Positions 1 through 11,992 of a stretch of DNA of 64,000 nucleotides are shown here, one piece after another. The translations under genes and the position numbers were made by a program. Source of the stretch: Azolla caroliniana (Eukaryota; Plantae; Polypodiophyta). How positions within the stretch are numbered: the first letter of the stretch is position 1; each line of letters starts with the position of its first letter. The notes beneath the pieces are model-generated. The model had not been told where the DNA came from. It worked only from the letters and a program-made list of their open reading frames with translations, and made no database searches. Where the stretch lies: positions 11,098,001 to 11,162,000 of the forward strand of contig JBHGNT010000011.1 in the NCBI GenBank assembly GCA_043228905.1, in the 5' to 3' direction.

Positions 1-1356
1 ACCGCTTACGATTTGTTTGAAGAAGAACGCGTACATTGTCCGTTATCGTTTGGGAGCGGGTTTGCACTTCATCCAAAGCTTTCTTGAGGTTTTCGATTTT
101 ACGCTTATTGGCCGTAGCCACTTCCTCGTAGAGGCTCTTCATCTTTCTCCATATCTGGGATTCTTTCAAGTGTAGTTCCTTGAGCCGGCCCATTTCATTG
201 TTCAGGCGGACTTCTACCTGATGCTTCAATTCCCGTTCCCGCTCGAGTTGTTCGTCGTACCATGCTTTCTTCTTTTCCAATAACTCTCGGAGTCCCGTGA
301 TAACAACTTCTATCTTTTGGGCTTCCTCACACAGCTTTCTATTCTCTTCTTTTGTGCTGGTATGCGCTGTTGTCTCCGCCTCGAGCTTATCCTCTAGTGC
401 TTTCGCCGCCCTTCGTCCTTTTGCCCAGATATCCTTTGCTCTATCTGATAATTAGCGAAGTTCCGTGCGGAGGTGGTCAATCTCAAACTTAGCTAACTGC
501 GTAGCTCTTTTTGCTTTTGTGGCAATGGCGGTTTGTGCTTCGACCTCCTCTCATAAAGTCGTCAATGTGTGATCACTGGATGTCAATCCGGGGTTTTGTT
601 GCGCCATAGTTGTGTTGCGTTCTAATTCCGCAATGCGCTCTTGGGCCTTCTGTAGTTGGGCTTGAGTCAGCTTGACTGTTTTCCAGACATTTTTATTTTT
701 GATAGCCATATCTTTGGTGCCCATACTGAGTTTAGCCAACTCCCTATGTACTTCGACGAGGGCCGTATTCAATGGGGTTAATTCAATGCCCATGTGGTGA
801 ATCCCTGCGTTCCGCTGCCTGCCTATCTTGGCGAGGGGTTCCTCATCTTCGCTTTCCTCCATTCTCATCAACGCATGCTCAATCATTTGTTGTTCCGCGT
901 GCTCCTCGGCCATTCTCTGGGACACCTTGATCTGTTGTGTCGCCAAAAATTCCATGAGTTCGTAAGTCGTTCCAAACTGTAACAGTGCCCCAAACTCATG
1001 GGTCGTATCCAGGATGTTTGGATACCTGAGGACTTTGCTTTCCATTGTGAGCACTCCTTTGCCACGCTGCGACTGAGCCATAATGATCGGTTGTGGTTCC
1101 CGGATTATCTCCAATGTAGTTATGGGCTCCGTAGGGACAGAAGCGTCGACTGGTGCGGTTGTGTCTTTGACCATCCGCGGCCATCCTTCCGATCTAATCT
1201 TCGTCGTTTTGGCCTGGGGCTTTCGCGGTTTTGTTTCGTTTCTTGCTCATTCGTTGTTGTTGGTGCTTCAATTGTCTTTGTTGGTTGTTCCGGCTGCATC
1301 GGTTGTGCTACGGGGTGGGAAGGTTGTGGTTCCTCTTCCCATTCTGTGGTTGCCAA
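1..1356 (-). pseudogene. Degenerate ORF for a charged, coiled-coil-like protein of unknown function, probably an accessory ORF of an older transposon
   Basis: ORFs 1120-1356 and 551-1174 are E/K/Q/R-rich and helical-looking. Coding-like sequence continues past the stop at 551 toward the window edge. No recognisable domain. Confidence 0.35.
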
Positions 1357-2044
1357 TTCCGATAACCACCATTTCGCAGATCGTGGCGGAGGCGTAGGTT
1401 TACTGGACGATGGGGCGGGCAGACCATGAGGTGGAAACAGTATCGTAAGGTTTTGTTGTATAATCGGCCTTAGCCTTTTGCCGGCCTAGTATGCTTGCAT
1501 GCCCTCTCTTAGCGTTGGTCCCGTAATCACTCCCCAATCTACCGCGCGCCCTTCAAATATATCAATGATGATGCATGCCTTCTGTTCAAGGTCACCTTGA
1601 AGAAACGCATTCTTCACGTTGTCGCATTGCTACGCGCGTGCGTGGAGAAGGGCGGGACCACGGGGGTCTTGGACTAAGGAGTAGAGGAGAAGGAATCGAA
1701 CATGGAATGGAAGCTTTGCTCAAGAAGAAGAAGAATGAACAAGAGATTAGATTGAACAAGAGGAAGATGGAGACAAGATGATCAACAAGATGTATTAAAA
1801 CGAAATGAACAATTACAAAATGGTGGCCACATGGGCCGTACCAAACGACTACTCGAAAACCCTAACCGACGAAGATGAAGATAAAGATAAAGAAACCCTA
1901 ACCCTAACCATAACGCTCGACCTATGTGGTATACCTCGCACACTCAAAATAGGCAACCCCCACAATGGTGCCTTCCCTCTCCTTTTATAGCACAAGGAGG
2001 GAAGACCGTTTACAAAAGTGAGACTAAAATATCCCCTTTCATTC

Positions 2045-2444
2045 TATAAACGTAAGTGTTTGCGGAAGCGTAAAACAGAGAACAACACAGAGAGAGAGAG
2101 AGACAGAGAGAGAGCTAGAAAACAATTTCAAAATTATATGAAGACTCTGTACACACACTGTGCTAAGTAGCACTATTTATACAAGTCCTCTTGGGACTGA
2201 CAGAAGTACCATGTACTTCAATGCTCACACGAGCATCTGACACTTACTACGAGACTATAGCTACCTAGTAGTCTATCCTATACTAGGCTTCCGATTGGAC
2301 TTCCGGTTACGGATTGCACCCGGCCTCCACTGCTTGCCAATTCGGTTGCTCACCGTCATACCGATCCGTTTCGCCCGATCCGTCTCGCTTACCGGCTCCG
2401 GCTTATTCAGCCGATCCGGCTCTGGTTGAACTTGCCGCTCAACA
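2045..2444 (-). repeat. 3' LTR of copia element 1
   Basis: Near-identical to 7574-7981: about 7 substitutions plus variation in an (AG)n tract. The terminal CA is mutated to TA in this copy only. Confidence 0.95.
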
Positions 2445-2708
2445 CTCCCCCTCAAGCTCAACCTGAGGTGGGGTCGTAGTGTCGACCTCTGTGACAGTCG
2501 GTTCTTCCAACCAACTTCTCCTGGCGTCACTCCGCCTTGCTCGCGCTCCTCATCCGGTCCGGTCCCGTTTGCCACGACCCCTTTGGTTCTGCGCGCCTCG
2601 TCCCTCTCGGTCGGCATGTCTGCTCAATAGGCCCATCTCAGCACTCACGTTGATGTGACTCCGGCGCTTGCCGATCCGTCGGTTCTCCCACGATGGCATC
2701 GACTTCCG

Positions 2709-5700
2709 CTATGTCCATGTCCCCTTGGCCTTCAGTCGATCCGACTCATCCGGATCCATCTGTTGATCCGAGTCAACTGTCTCCGACTCGTTCCAGCTCT
2801 TATCCGAATCGGTACACTCCGATTTGACTTCCGGCTTCAGGCCTCTCACCACATCGGACCACTTCCGAGTCTTGGCCTTCTCCATGCTTCCCTCAGCTTC
2901 TTCAGCCGGTGAACCGAAATCGAATTCTTCATTCGACTCCGCATCATGGTCAGTACCGTCGTGATGACCTCCGCACAGCATGCACTTCTCTTCCTGAGTG
3001 CACACCTCTTCTTCACAACCGCTTGCTCCGACCTGTTCAGATGTGTCGACTTCCTTTGTCGACTCGGCTTCCTTCATCTTCTTGTCTCCTCTTCTTCCGG
3101 CTCTCCTCTTACTGACGGGTTCAACAGTTTTTTGGCCTTTGCCCGTTTCAGTAGAGACTTTGCCCTTGCTTCTCCCCCTCAAGTGCGGCACGTCGAGATG
3201 CTGAATACCAAGCATGTCGGTAAAGTGCTGCAACTTGTCCGATCCGAGCGGCTTGGTGAAGATGTCGGCAACTTGCCGATCCGTATGAACATACCGTAGG
3301 TCAACTTCACCGCTTAGGACCCGCTCATGCACGAAGTGGTAGTGCACCTCGATGTGCTTTGTGCGAGCATGGAACACAGGGTTCCTAGCGAGCTGCAGGC
3401 TACTCATGTTATCGCAGTAAATCGGGATCGGGGTCGGTACCTCGATCCGCAAGTCTCGCAGCAGTCGCCGAAGCCAGAGGGCTTCACAAGTGGCAACGGT
3501 AGCGGCCTGGTACTCAACCTCAGTGCTTGACAAAGCCACTGTGGGCTGCTTCTTGCTGCTCCACGCAACGGCCACACTACCTATGGAGAACATGTATTCA
3601 GAAGTGGAGCGGCGATCAGACGCATCGCCGGCCCAGTCAGCATCTGTGTAACCGACAAGCTCTTCGGGTATACCTCGCCGGTATAGCAGTCCCTGGTCCT
3701 TAGTGTCGCTGACATACCGTAATATTCGTTGCGCGCACTGAAGGTGCTCCACGGTCGGCTTCTGCATGAACTGACTTACCATGCCGACCGGATAGCTGAT
3801 GTCGGGTCGGGCGATGGTTAAGTAGATCAAGCTTCCGACAACCTGTCGGAACCGTTTCTTAGTGCAGGCCAGTCCGGAGTTGGGACGGAGCTTCTGGTTC
3901 CGGTCCAGGGGTGTGGAGACAGGTCGGCAATCCGTCATGCCGAACTTATACAACATATTCAACACGTAATGTCGTTGTGAGAGCAATATGCCGTCGGGGG
4001 TCCGGATCACTTCGATCCCAAGAAAATAATGAAGGTCCCCCAAGTCCTTCATTTCGAATGCGTCCGACAACTGGGACTTGACGCGGTTGATTTCGGGAAG
4101 ACCCGGTCCAGTGATGACTAAATCATCCACATACAAGAGTATACATACCGGACTGTCAGAGCAAGGAGCCTTGCCGGAGGAAAAACGAAGAGTCCGACTT
4201 AGAGACAACAAACCCCAGCTTACGCAACCGGTGCGTGATCTTCGCGTTCCAAGTTCGGGGGGCTTGCTTCAAGCCGTAAAGCGACTTCTTCAGTCGGCAT
4301 ACCGCCGACTTGTTCATCTCCAATTGAAATCCAGGGGGTTGAGTCATAAAGACTTCTTCTTCAAGCTCTCCTTGAAAGAAGGCGTTCTTCACGTCCATCT
4401 GGTGAAGATTCCACCCCCTTGCCGCAGCAACCGCCAGTACCACACGAACCGTCGTCATCTTCGCCACAGGAGCGAAGGTCTCGTCGTAGTCGATTCCGTG
4501 GGTCTGCGCGTATCCCTTCGCCACTAACCGGGCTTTGTACCGGTTAACAGAACCGTCGGCGTTGTACTTGACCTTGTACACCCACTTGCATCCGATCAGT
4601 TTATAGTGACGGGGAGGATCAACTAGGTCCCAAGTTTTGTTGGCATCGAGTGCCCGCATTTCTTCGTCCATAGCGGCACGCCAATTTGCTTCCTTGGCCG
4701 CTTCTGCGTAGCTCTCCGGCTCACGCACTTCTGTCACCTTAGTCATGTACGCATAATGATGCGCCATGTATTCATTGTACCCATACCGCATGACGGGATC
4801 CTTCTGACGGGTTGATCGGCGCAACGCACCGTCACCTGATTTGAGGCCCTTCTTGGCCAGTTCGGTCTTCGTTGTCGAAGATCCACCTTTCTCCTTTCTG
4901 GAGTCGGATACGCACCGATCCAACTCATCGTTGCCGGTTTCGAATTCCGGCATCTTCCTCTTCCCCTTCTCTTTGCGCGTGAACCGTTTCCTCGGTTCCT
5001 TGCGCGGGGAGAACACGGCAGAGTCTCCACCACTTGCCGTCTCTTCATCCGACCGGTCCAACCGACTCAGTCGCTCGTTTGGTCCACTCAACCGTAACAA
5101 TTCCGGACTCTCATCTTGAGTCCCGGCTTCATCATCCTCTGCCAGGGCTGATTCAGGCTCACTGGCCTGATCTTCCGGCATTGGGTCGGGATCAGAAGTC
5201 GGAGTCGGTACGGAGTACCAGGATGCCGATTCATCGAACTCGACATCCCGGCTAACTCAGACTTCCTTCGTCCGGGGGTTATAGCACTTATACCCCTTTT
5301 GCTCTTGAGCATAGCCGACTAGGATGCATTTTTCCGATTTTGCATCCAGCTTTCTCCGCTTCTGATCCGGCACATGCACATACGCTATGTTGCCGAATAT
5401 CCGAAGGTGTCTTAAGTTCGGCTTGCGCCCGAAATACAACTCATGAGCTGACACCTTGTCACCAATGTGGTTTTGTATGTAGACGGCCGTCCAGACCGCC
5501 TCCGCCCAGTAGAACCGGGGCATGCTCTTCTCCTCCAGCATTGCCCTTGCCGCTTCGATGAGTGTCCGGTTCTTCCTTTCGGCCACACCGTTTTGCTCCG
5601 GTGTGTATCTGCAGCTGAACTCTCGCCGAATTCCCTTCTGCTACAGATAACTAGTGAATTGGCCGGAAAAATATTCCTTTCCGCCATCCGATCGAAGGCA

Positions 5701-7479
5701 TTTGATCTTCCTCTCTGATTCCCGTTCCACCATCTTCTGGAGGCTCCAGAAACAGTCGAAGACTTCGCTCTTCCGCTCAATGAGGTAGATCCAAGTATGT
5801 CGAGTATAGTTGTCGATGAAGGAGACGAAGTATCGGCTCCCGCCAAGGCTTACACTTTGTGTCGGTCCCCACACATCCGAATGGATGAGATCGAGCTTGT
5901 TACGGCTCCGGTTCCGTTCGGTGGGGAATGGAAGCCGATGTTGCTTCCCAAGTTGGCAGGCTTCACAAATTTCGGCTCTCCGGCCGCTGAACTTCGGCAA
6001 ACCGAAAACGACTTGTTTCATTTGCAGGTCTTGAAGCCTCCGGTAGTTGACGTGGCCTATCCGCTTGTGCCACAGGTCGATGTCTGACTCGACCTTCTGT
6101 CGTTTCGCGAACAGAGCGGTGCCAAAGTCATTGGTGTTGAGGATAAACATCCTCCCGTCTCTGCGCCCTTGTGGAATGACTTCGCCCTCATCCTCAATGA
6201 AGCACCCGAGGTGCGTAAACCGCACCTGCATCCCCTGGTCGACAATCTGACCAACGGACACTAGGTTCTTCGTGATTGTCGGAATGTGTAATACGTTCAT
6301 CAGCTTCCCTTTCTGTCCGACGTGGCTTAGAGGGACTTCTCCGACATGCACGATTGGGTGAGGAGTGTCGTCTCCGGTTTCGACTACTCCTGGTTGATCC
6401 GATTTCTCCAGAAAGGAGAACCACTCTTTGTGGCTCGTCATGTGGTTCGACGCGCCGGAATCAACATACCACGCTTCCTCCGTTTTGGAAGTGGTCTTCT
6501 TCATTGAGTTTGCCTTGTGATTCATCACCAAGGCTGGCCCCTTACCGGCCTTTCCGGTTCCAGATCCTTCTGATCCATTTGCGTAGTGCGAGTTTTGCCG
6601 GCCATCCTTACCGGTCTTGCCGGATCCAGATTTGTCCGAATCGGCACGCTTTCTCCAGCACTCGCTTTCCCTGTGGCCTTTTTTGCCACAGTACCAGCAT
6701 TCCGTAGCGGATTTGTCTTGCCGGCCTCCGGCACCGCCTTGACTCCCCCTGCTTGTGGAAGTCCCAGAACTGCTGTCGGCACGTTCATAGTGCCTCCGTT
6801 CCTGCTCTTGTCGGCCGCCTCCATTGCGTGCCGACCCACCTCTTCCACCACGCCCACGGAACCGATCCGTTCCCGTGTACAACATTCGGTTATCCGGGGA
6901 TGCACTGTTAGATGCATCGGCATGGTTCTCCTCTACAAGGAGCATCGACTGTAAGTCGAAGAATGAGGGGGTATTCTCCCTTGTACACACCGTAGTCTGG
7001 AACGCTCCGAACTTGGACGCCAGGCCTCTGAGACATACCTGCACCATCTCGTCTTCCTCTACGGTAACATTGATAGAGGCGAGCGAGTCGCAGATCTCCT
7101 TTATCCGGCCCGTGTAGTCTGCCACGAACATGTTCTTCTGTCGAACATTGCTCAACTCCTATCTGAGTTGCAGCTTCCGGGCAGTGGTGCTTGCGGCGAA
7201 AACCTTTTTCAGGTTCCCCCAAGCATCCTTCGGTGTCTTGGCGTCACGGATGTGGCTGAGCAGCTGATCGCCGACACTGGACGCGAAGCAGTACATCACC
7301 CTGCTTGCCGCATGTTCCCATACCGGGAAGTCCTTGTGTGGTGCCGCATCATTCGCTCCTTCGACATAACTCCAGTACCCGTGTCCAAGCAGGTACTAGT
7401 GCATCTTGTAAGACCAAGATGCGTAGTTGCTCCTGTCGAGCTTCTCCACCGGGAGCGACGTAGCCATGGCTCTATCCAT
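2709..7479 (-). pseudogene. Copia gag-pol polyprotein with stops and frameshifts
   Basis: Gag starts near 7479. Motifs: zinc knuckle CWYCGKKGHRESEC; protease WYVDSGASNHM; GAG-pre-integrase LWHKRIGH...CEAC; integrase HSDVWGP, LRSDGGKEY, AERKNRTL; [27 protein letters not shown]; RNase H YTDADWAG, RTKHIEVHYHF, QVADIFTKPL. Confidence 0.95.
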
Positions 7480-7573
7480 GTCTTCTACTGTGTCTGTTTT
7501 TGACCTATTAGGGTTTTCTTCTCAAGAGTAAATGTCTGCAGCAGAGGTTCTCAACCCTCGCGCTCTGATACCA

Positions 7574-7608
7574 TGTAAATGTAAGTGTTTGCGGAAGCGT
7601 AAAACAGA

Positions 7609-7658
<50 letters not shown>

Positions 7659-7981
7659 ACAATTTCAAAATTATATGAAGACTCTGTACACACACTGTGC
7701 TAAGTAGCACTATTTATACAAGTCCTCTTGGGACTGACAGAAGTACCATGTACTTCAATGCTCACACGAGCATCTGACACTTACTACGAGACTATAGCTA
7801 CCTAGTAGTCTATCCTATACTAGGCTTCCGATTGGACTTCCGGTTACGGATTGCACCCGGCCTCCATTGCTTGCCGGTTCGGTTGCTCACCGTCATACCG
7901 ATCCGTTTCGCCCGATCCGTCTCGCTTACCGGCTCCGGCTTATTCAGCCGATCCGGCTCCGGTTGAGCTTGCCGCTCAACA
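7574..7981 (-). repeat. 5' LTR of copia element 1
   Basis: TG...CA ends, adjacent to the PBS, matches 2045-2444. Confidence 0.95.
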
Positions 7982-10790
7982 CATTCAAAGGGGATATTTG
8001 CCTTGATTTGGGGAGGGTGAGATTGATGGCCCCCTTAACTCCCACCTCCACACAAACAACTAGGTACCTATGTACCGCATAGTACCTCTCTCTCTCTCGC
8101 GCGTGGATGTGCGCACAAGACCACATCACCTTTATACCTTAGGGATCCTATGGGGCATTTCTAGCACCATACACGTTACCCTTGTTACTATTACAAATAC
8201 ATTATGTACGTGTGCAACGTTGCACATCGCTATTTGGCTCTCGTTGCTCGGGTTTCCGGTTGTGGACGAAAATCTTCACGACAACGTCCATTTGGTGAAG
8301 ATGCCATCTCCTTGTCATAGCAACAACCAGTACCACACGAAATATCATCAACTTCGCTACCGGAGTGAAGGTCTCGTCATAGTTGATTCCGTGAGTCTGT
8401 GCGTATCCCTTTGCCACTAACCGAGCCTTGTACCGGTTGATTGAACCGTCGGTATTTTACTTCACCTTATATACCCATCACACCCTGATGCTCTCGACAT
8501 CGCCAAAAAGCTCAACGTGGACACTGTGACAAATGCCACCATTTGGAAAAATTGGACCTACTTGCGAATGGGGAGAAACACTTCGACATCCCCCTACAGA
8601 ATCTTTAGAAGAATATTTTGGGGAATATTCTGTATCAGCCAAGGCATACAGAACGAAAGACATCCCGAACCCATTCTTTCGGGAAATTGCCAAGTTCCTA
8701 CTTGAGGTCAGTTGTGTGCACATCAACGCGTAACCCCCCCCCCGGTTTCCAATTGGAGATGAATAAGTCGGCAGTATGCCGACTCAAGAAGTCACTTTAT
8801 AGTCTGAAGCAAGCCCCCCGAGCTTAGAGTGTGAAGATCATGCACCGGTTGCGTAAGATGGGGTTTGCAGCCTCAAAGTCTGACTCGTCATTGTTCATCT
8901 AGAAAGGTCCGGATGGTTCGGTCTGTATCCTGCTATATGTTGATGATTTAGTCATCACCGGACCCGGACTGGATGAAATCAGTAGAGTGAAGTCCCAACT
9001 GTCAGACACATTTGAAATGAAGGACTTGGGGGACCTTCATTATTTTCTTGGGATCAAGGTGATCCGGACCCCCAATGGCATATTGCTCTCACAAATACAC
9101 TATGTGTTGAATATGTCGGCATGACAGCATGCCGACCGATCTCCACACCCCTGAACCGGAACCTAAAGCTACATTCCGACTCCGGCCCAGCCTACGATGA
9201 GAAACGGTTCCAACCAATTGTCGGATGCCTTATATACTTGACGATCACTGGATCCAACATCAGTTATCCAGTTAGGGTGATCAACCAATTTATGCAGAAG
9301 TCGCGCACATCGACTATTGCGATATGTGAGCGGCACAAAGGACTGGGGACTGTTATACCGACACGGTATATCTGGGAAGCTAGTCGGATATACAGATGCT
9401 GACTAGGCTAGTGATGCATCGGATCGCCGATCCACCTCCGATTACATGTTTTCTCTTGGTAGCGCGGTTGTTGCGTGGAGTAGCAAAAAGCAGCCAACAA
9501 TGGCTTTGTCGAGCACTGAGGCTGAATATTGGGGCACTACCATTGCCACCTGTGAAGCCATCTGGCTTCGGCGACTGTTGCGAGACCTTCGGGTCGAGGT
9601 GCCGACCCCAATCCTGATCTATTGCAACAAATGTAAGCCGCATACAGCTTGCCAAGAACCCTGTATTCCATGCTCGGACAAAGCACATAGAGATGCATTA
9701 TCACTTTGTCCGTGAGCGGGTCCTGAGTAGTGAAGTTGAACTTCGGTATGTTCATACGGATCGGTAGGTTGCCGACATCTTCATGAAGCCACTCGGATCG
9801 AGCAAGTTGCAGCACTTTTCCGAAATGTTGGGTCTACAGCATCTCGACGTGTCGTATTTGAGGGGGAGAACGGATGGCACCGGACAAGGAGTCAGAGAGG
9901 AAGAAAGAACCAAGGGGGGGAGACGAGCAGAAAAAGGAGGCCGAGTTGACCGAACAAGTCGGAGCAAGTGGCAGCGGCGGCAGAGTCAAGAAAGACAGAG
10001 CCGACCGAAAAAAGGCCAAGACCCGGACGTGGTCTGATGTGGTGAAGGGCATGAAAACGGAAGACGAGTTGGAGACTACCAACTCGGACAAGAGTTGGAA
10101 CGAATCGGAGGAAGCAGATTCGGAAGAGTTGGATCAACTAAAGGCCAAGCGGACGAGAAGGCAGGGGAAGTCAACACCGATACAGAGGAACCGATGGGTC
10201 GACAAGCGCCGGAGTCATAGCAGCGAAGGAGCTGAGATGGGCCTACTGAGCAGACAAGCCAACCAAGGAGGACGGGGTCCGCAAAACTGGACAGGCCGTG
10301 GGAAGCAAAACCGGACCGGACGAGGAGCGCGAGCAAGGCGGGAGGACGTCAGAAGGAGCAGGAGGAAAGGACCGGCTACTACAGACACTGACACCGCGAT
10401 CCGACCTCAAGTTGAGCTTGAGGGGGAGTGTCGAGCGAGCAAGCTCAACCGGATCCGGATTCTGAATAAGCCAGAGCCGGATCGGTATTCGGAACGGAGA
10501 ACCGGATCGGTGTCCGGATGATATCTGGAACCAGGAGCCGGATTGGAGACCCGGATCGAATTGAAACCAGTAGACTGTTAGAGGCCTACGGATCTAGCCT
10601 AGTACGTAGGCATATTTTTGGGAGTTAGTGACAATCGCTCATGTGAGCATTGAAGTACCTGTCAGTACTTCTATCAGTCCTTTATGGACTTGTATAAAAG
10701 TGCTCTCTGAGCACATTCTATGTATAGAGAGTTACAAAGCGTTATTTTTTAATAGAGTTTTATGTTCTGCTCTCTCTCTCTCTCTCTCTC

Positions 10791-11009
10791 TGCCTTTGAT
10801 CATATTCGACCATGCTTTCCACATCTCTTCGATCGAGCCCAATCTTTGCATGAATTCCTCTCACAACCACAATGTGCACTCTCGATTGCAACATTCATTG
10901 GTAAAGTTCTTGAACATCGAGAGTCACTACTCACTTTCACACGTATCACGTGAAATGTAATATTTTTGGTCTCATAGGTCATATTTGACCTCCGAAGACG
11001 ATCATATAA

Positions 11010-11011
<2 letters not shown>
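10791..11011 (+). mobile_element. 3' stub of an RTE-X-like LINE inserted in the (CT)n tract of the copia-2 LTR
   Basis: Highly similar to 37627-37850. (CT)n lies on the left and (TG)n on the right; LTR-like sequence resumes after 11083. Confidence 0.8.

Positions 11012-11083
<72 letters not shown>
11012..11083. repeat. (TG)n microsatellite
   Basis: About 36 perfect TG units. Confidence 0.99.
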
Positions 11084-11085
<2 letters not shown>

Positions 11086-11323
11086 TCCTGTGTATGCTTA
11101 TTGTCTGTGTTAAGCTTCCATTAAACCTTCTTCTTTTTACTATTACTATACGGCCGAGCCGGTTTGGCATACACTTCCGCACACTAACTTTCACACTTAT
11201 TCTCTCTTCTCTCCACCATGTTTTGGGTTCGTTTCAAGACCCCCACGTCTTAGGTTTTTTACAAGGGTATATAAATGGAAGTTCAGAATAATCTAGTAAT
11301 GATAGGGGAATGGATGAGATATC

Positions 11324-11992
11324 TATTGGGATTCAATCTAAGATCTTTGTGAAAGATCGACTGTTAAATACACAATAACGTGGAAACACAAAACAGCAAA
11401 AGCACAGTACACAGTGTTTAACGTGGAAAACCCTAAATGGGGAAAAACCACGAGAGAACAAATCTTCCACTATACAATAAAGAATACAAGGGAGACAATA
11501 ATACAACACTCTTTTGAACAGTGTATCAAACACGCAGGGCTCTTGGCGTCTAACCTCGCTCAACTATGGCGCCGCTCACACCTCTCTTTCTGTTGCACAG
11601 ACTATATCACTCTCTACAGAAAACCCTATTCTGCATCTGTTCAACTACTTAAGGTTTTGCCCTAAGTGTATTTATACTTATACACCATATGGGCTATTTA
11701 CAAATGTAGTTCCTACTACCATCACTTCTATTATTATATTAGCAATTAATCAGCCGACTCCTATGTCAATTGTCTAGTCGGCCCAACTAGTCGGTCGTGT
11801 CTTCGACTTGGATCACTTATTATATTGTCGACTCCTTGTCATCGACTATCAGCTCTCGGCCCCGACCAGTTGGCTACTCCTTGTCTTCAATTGTCGGCTC
11901 TCGGTATGACCAGTTGGTTACTCCTTGTCTTCGACTGTCAGCCCTCGGTCCGACCAGTCAACTCCTCCCATAGGAGGGACATATTCCTAACA
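11324..11992. mobile_element. Solo LTR, probably copia-type
   Basis: Flanked by ATATC at 11319-11323 and 11993-11997. Ends TATTGGGA...TCCTAACA form an imperfect inverted repeat with TG changed to TA. Contains a GTGGAAAACCCT...GGGAAAAACCAC motif and about 3 copies of a ~43-bp repeat at 11830-11966. Confidence 0.75.

Larger units (their letters stand above)
2045..7981 (-). mobile_element. Full-length Ty1/copia LTR retrotransposon (decayed)
   Basis: LTRs at 2045-2444 and 7574-7981; 5-bp TSD CATTC at 2040-2044 and 7982-7986; tRNA-iMet primer-binding site (PBS, TGGTATCAGAGCG on the minus strand) at 7561-7573; PPT at 2445-2456; domain order gag-PR-IN-RT-RH. Confidence 0.97.
8275..11195 (+). mobile_element. 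5'-truncated, internally inverted Ty1/copia related to element 1 (RT-RH, extra region, 3' LTR)
   Basis: The + strand from about 8732 encodes PPGFQLEMNKSAVCRLKKSLY, WSSKKQPT and KPLGSSKLQHF. The preceding RT piece (about 8275-8478) is on the minus strand. PPT AGGGGGAG at 10421-10428; LTR about 10429-11195, interrupted at 10791-11083. Confidence 0.88.

Noticed and set aside
1855-1912. Interstitial telomere repeat (AAACCCTAACCCTAACC)
   Set aside because: Only 2-3 units; telo-box-like motifs are common in plant repeats.
2045-2046. Non-canonical TA terminus in copia 1
   Set aside because: The other LTR keeps the canonical dinucleotide, so this is a post-insertion point mutation.
11013-11291. Cys/Val-repeat or His/Thr-repeat proteins (also the ORFs near 28977-29282 and the poly-SL ORFs)
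   Set aside because: These are translations of dinucleotide microsatellites.
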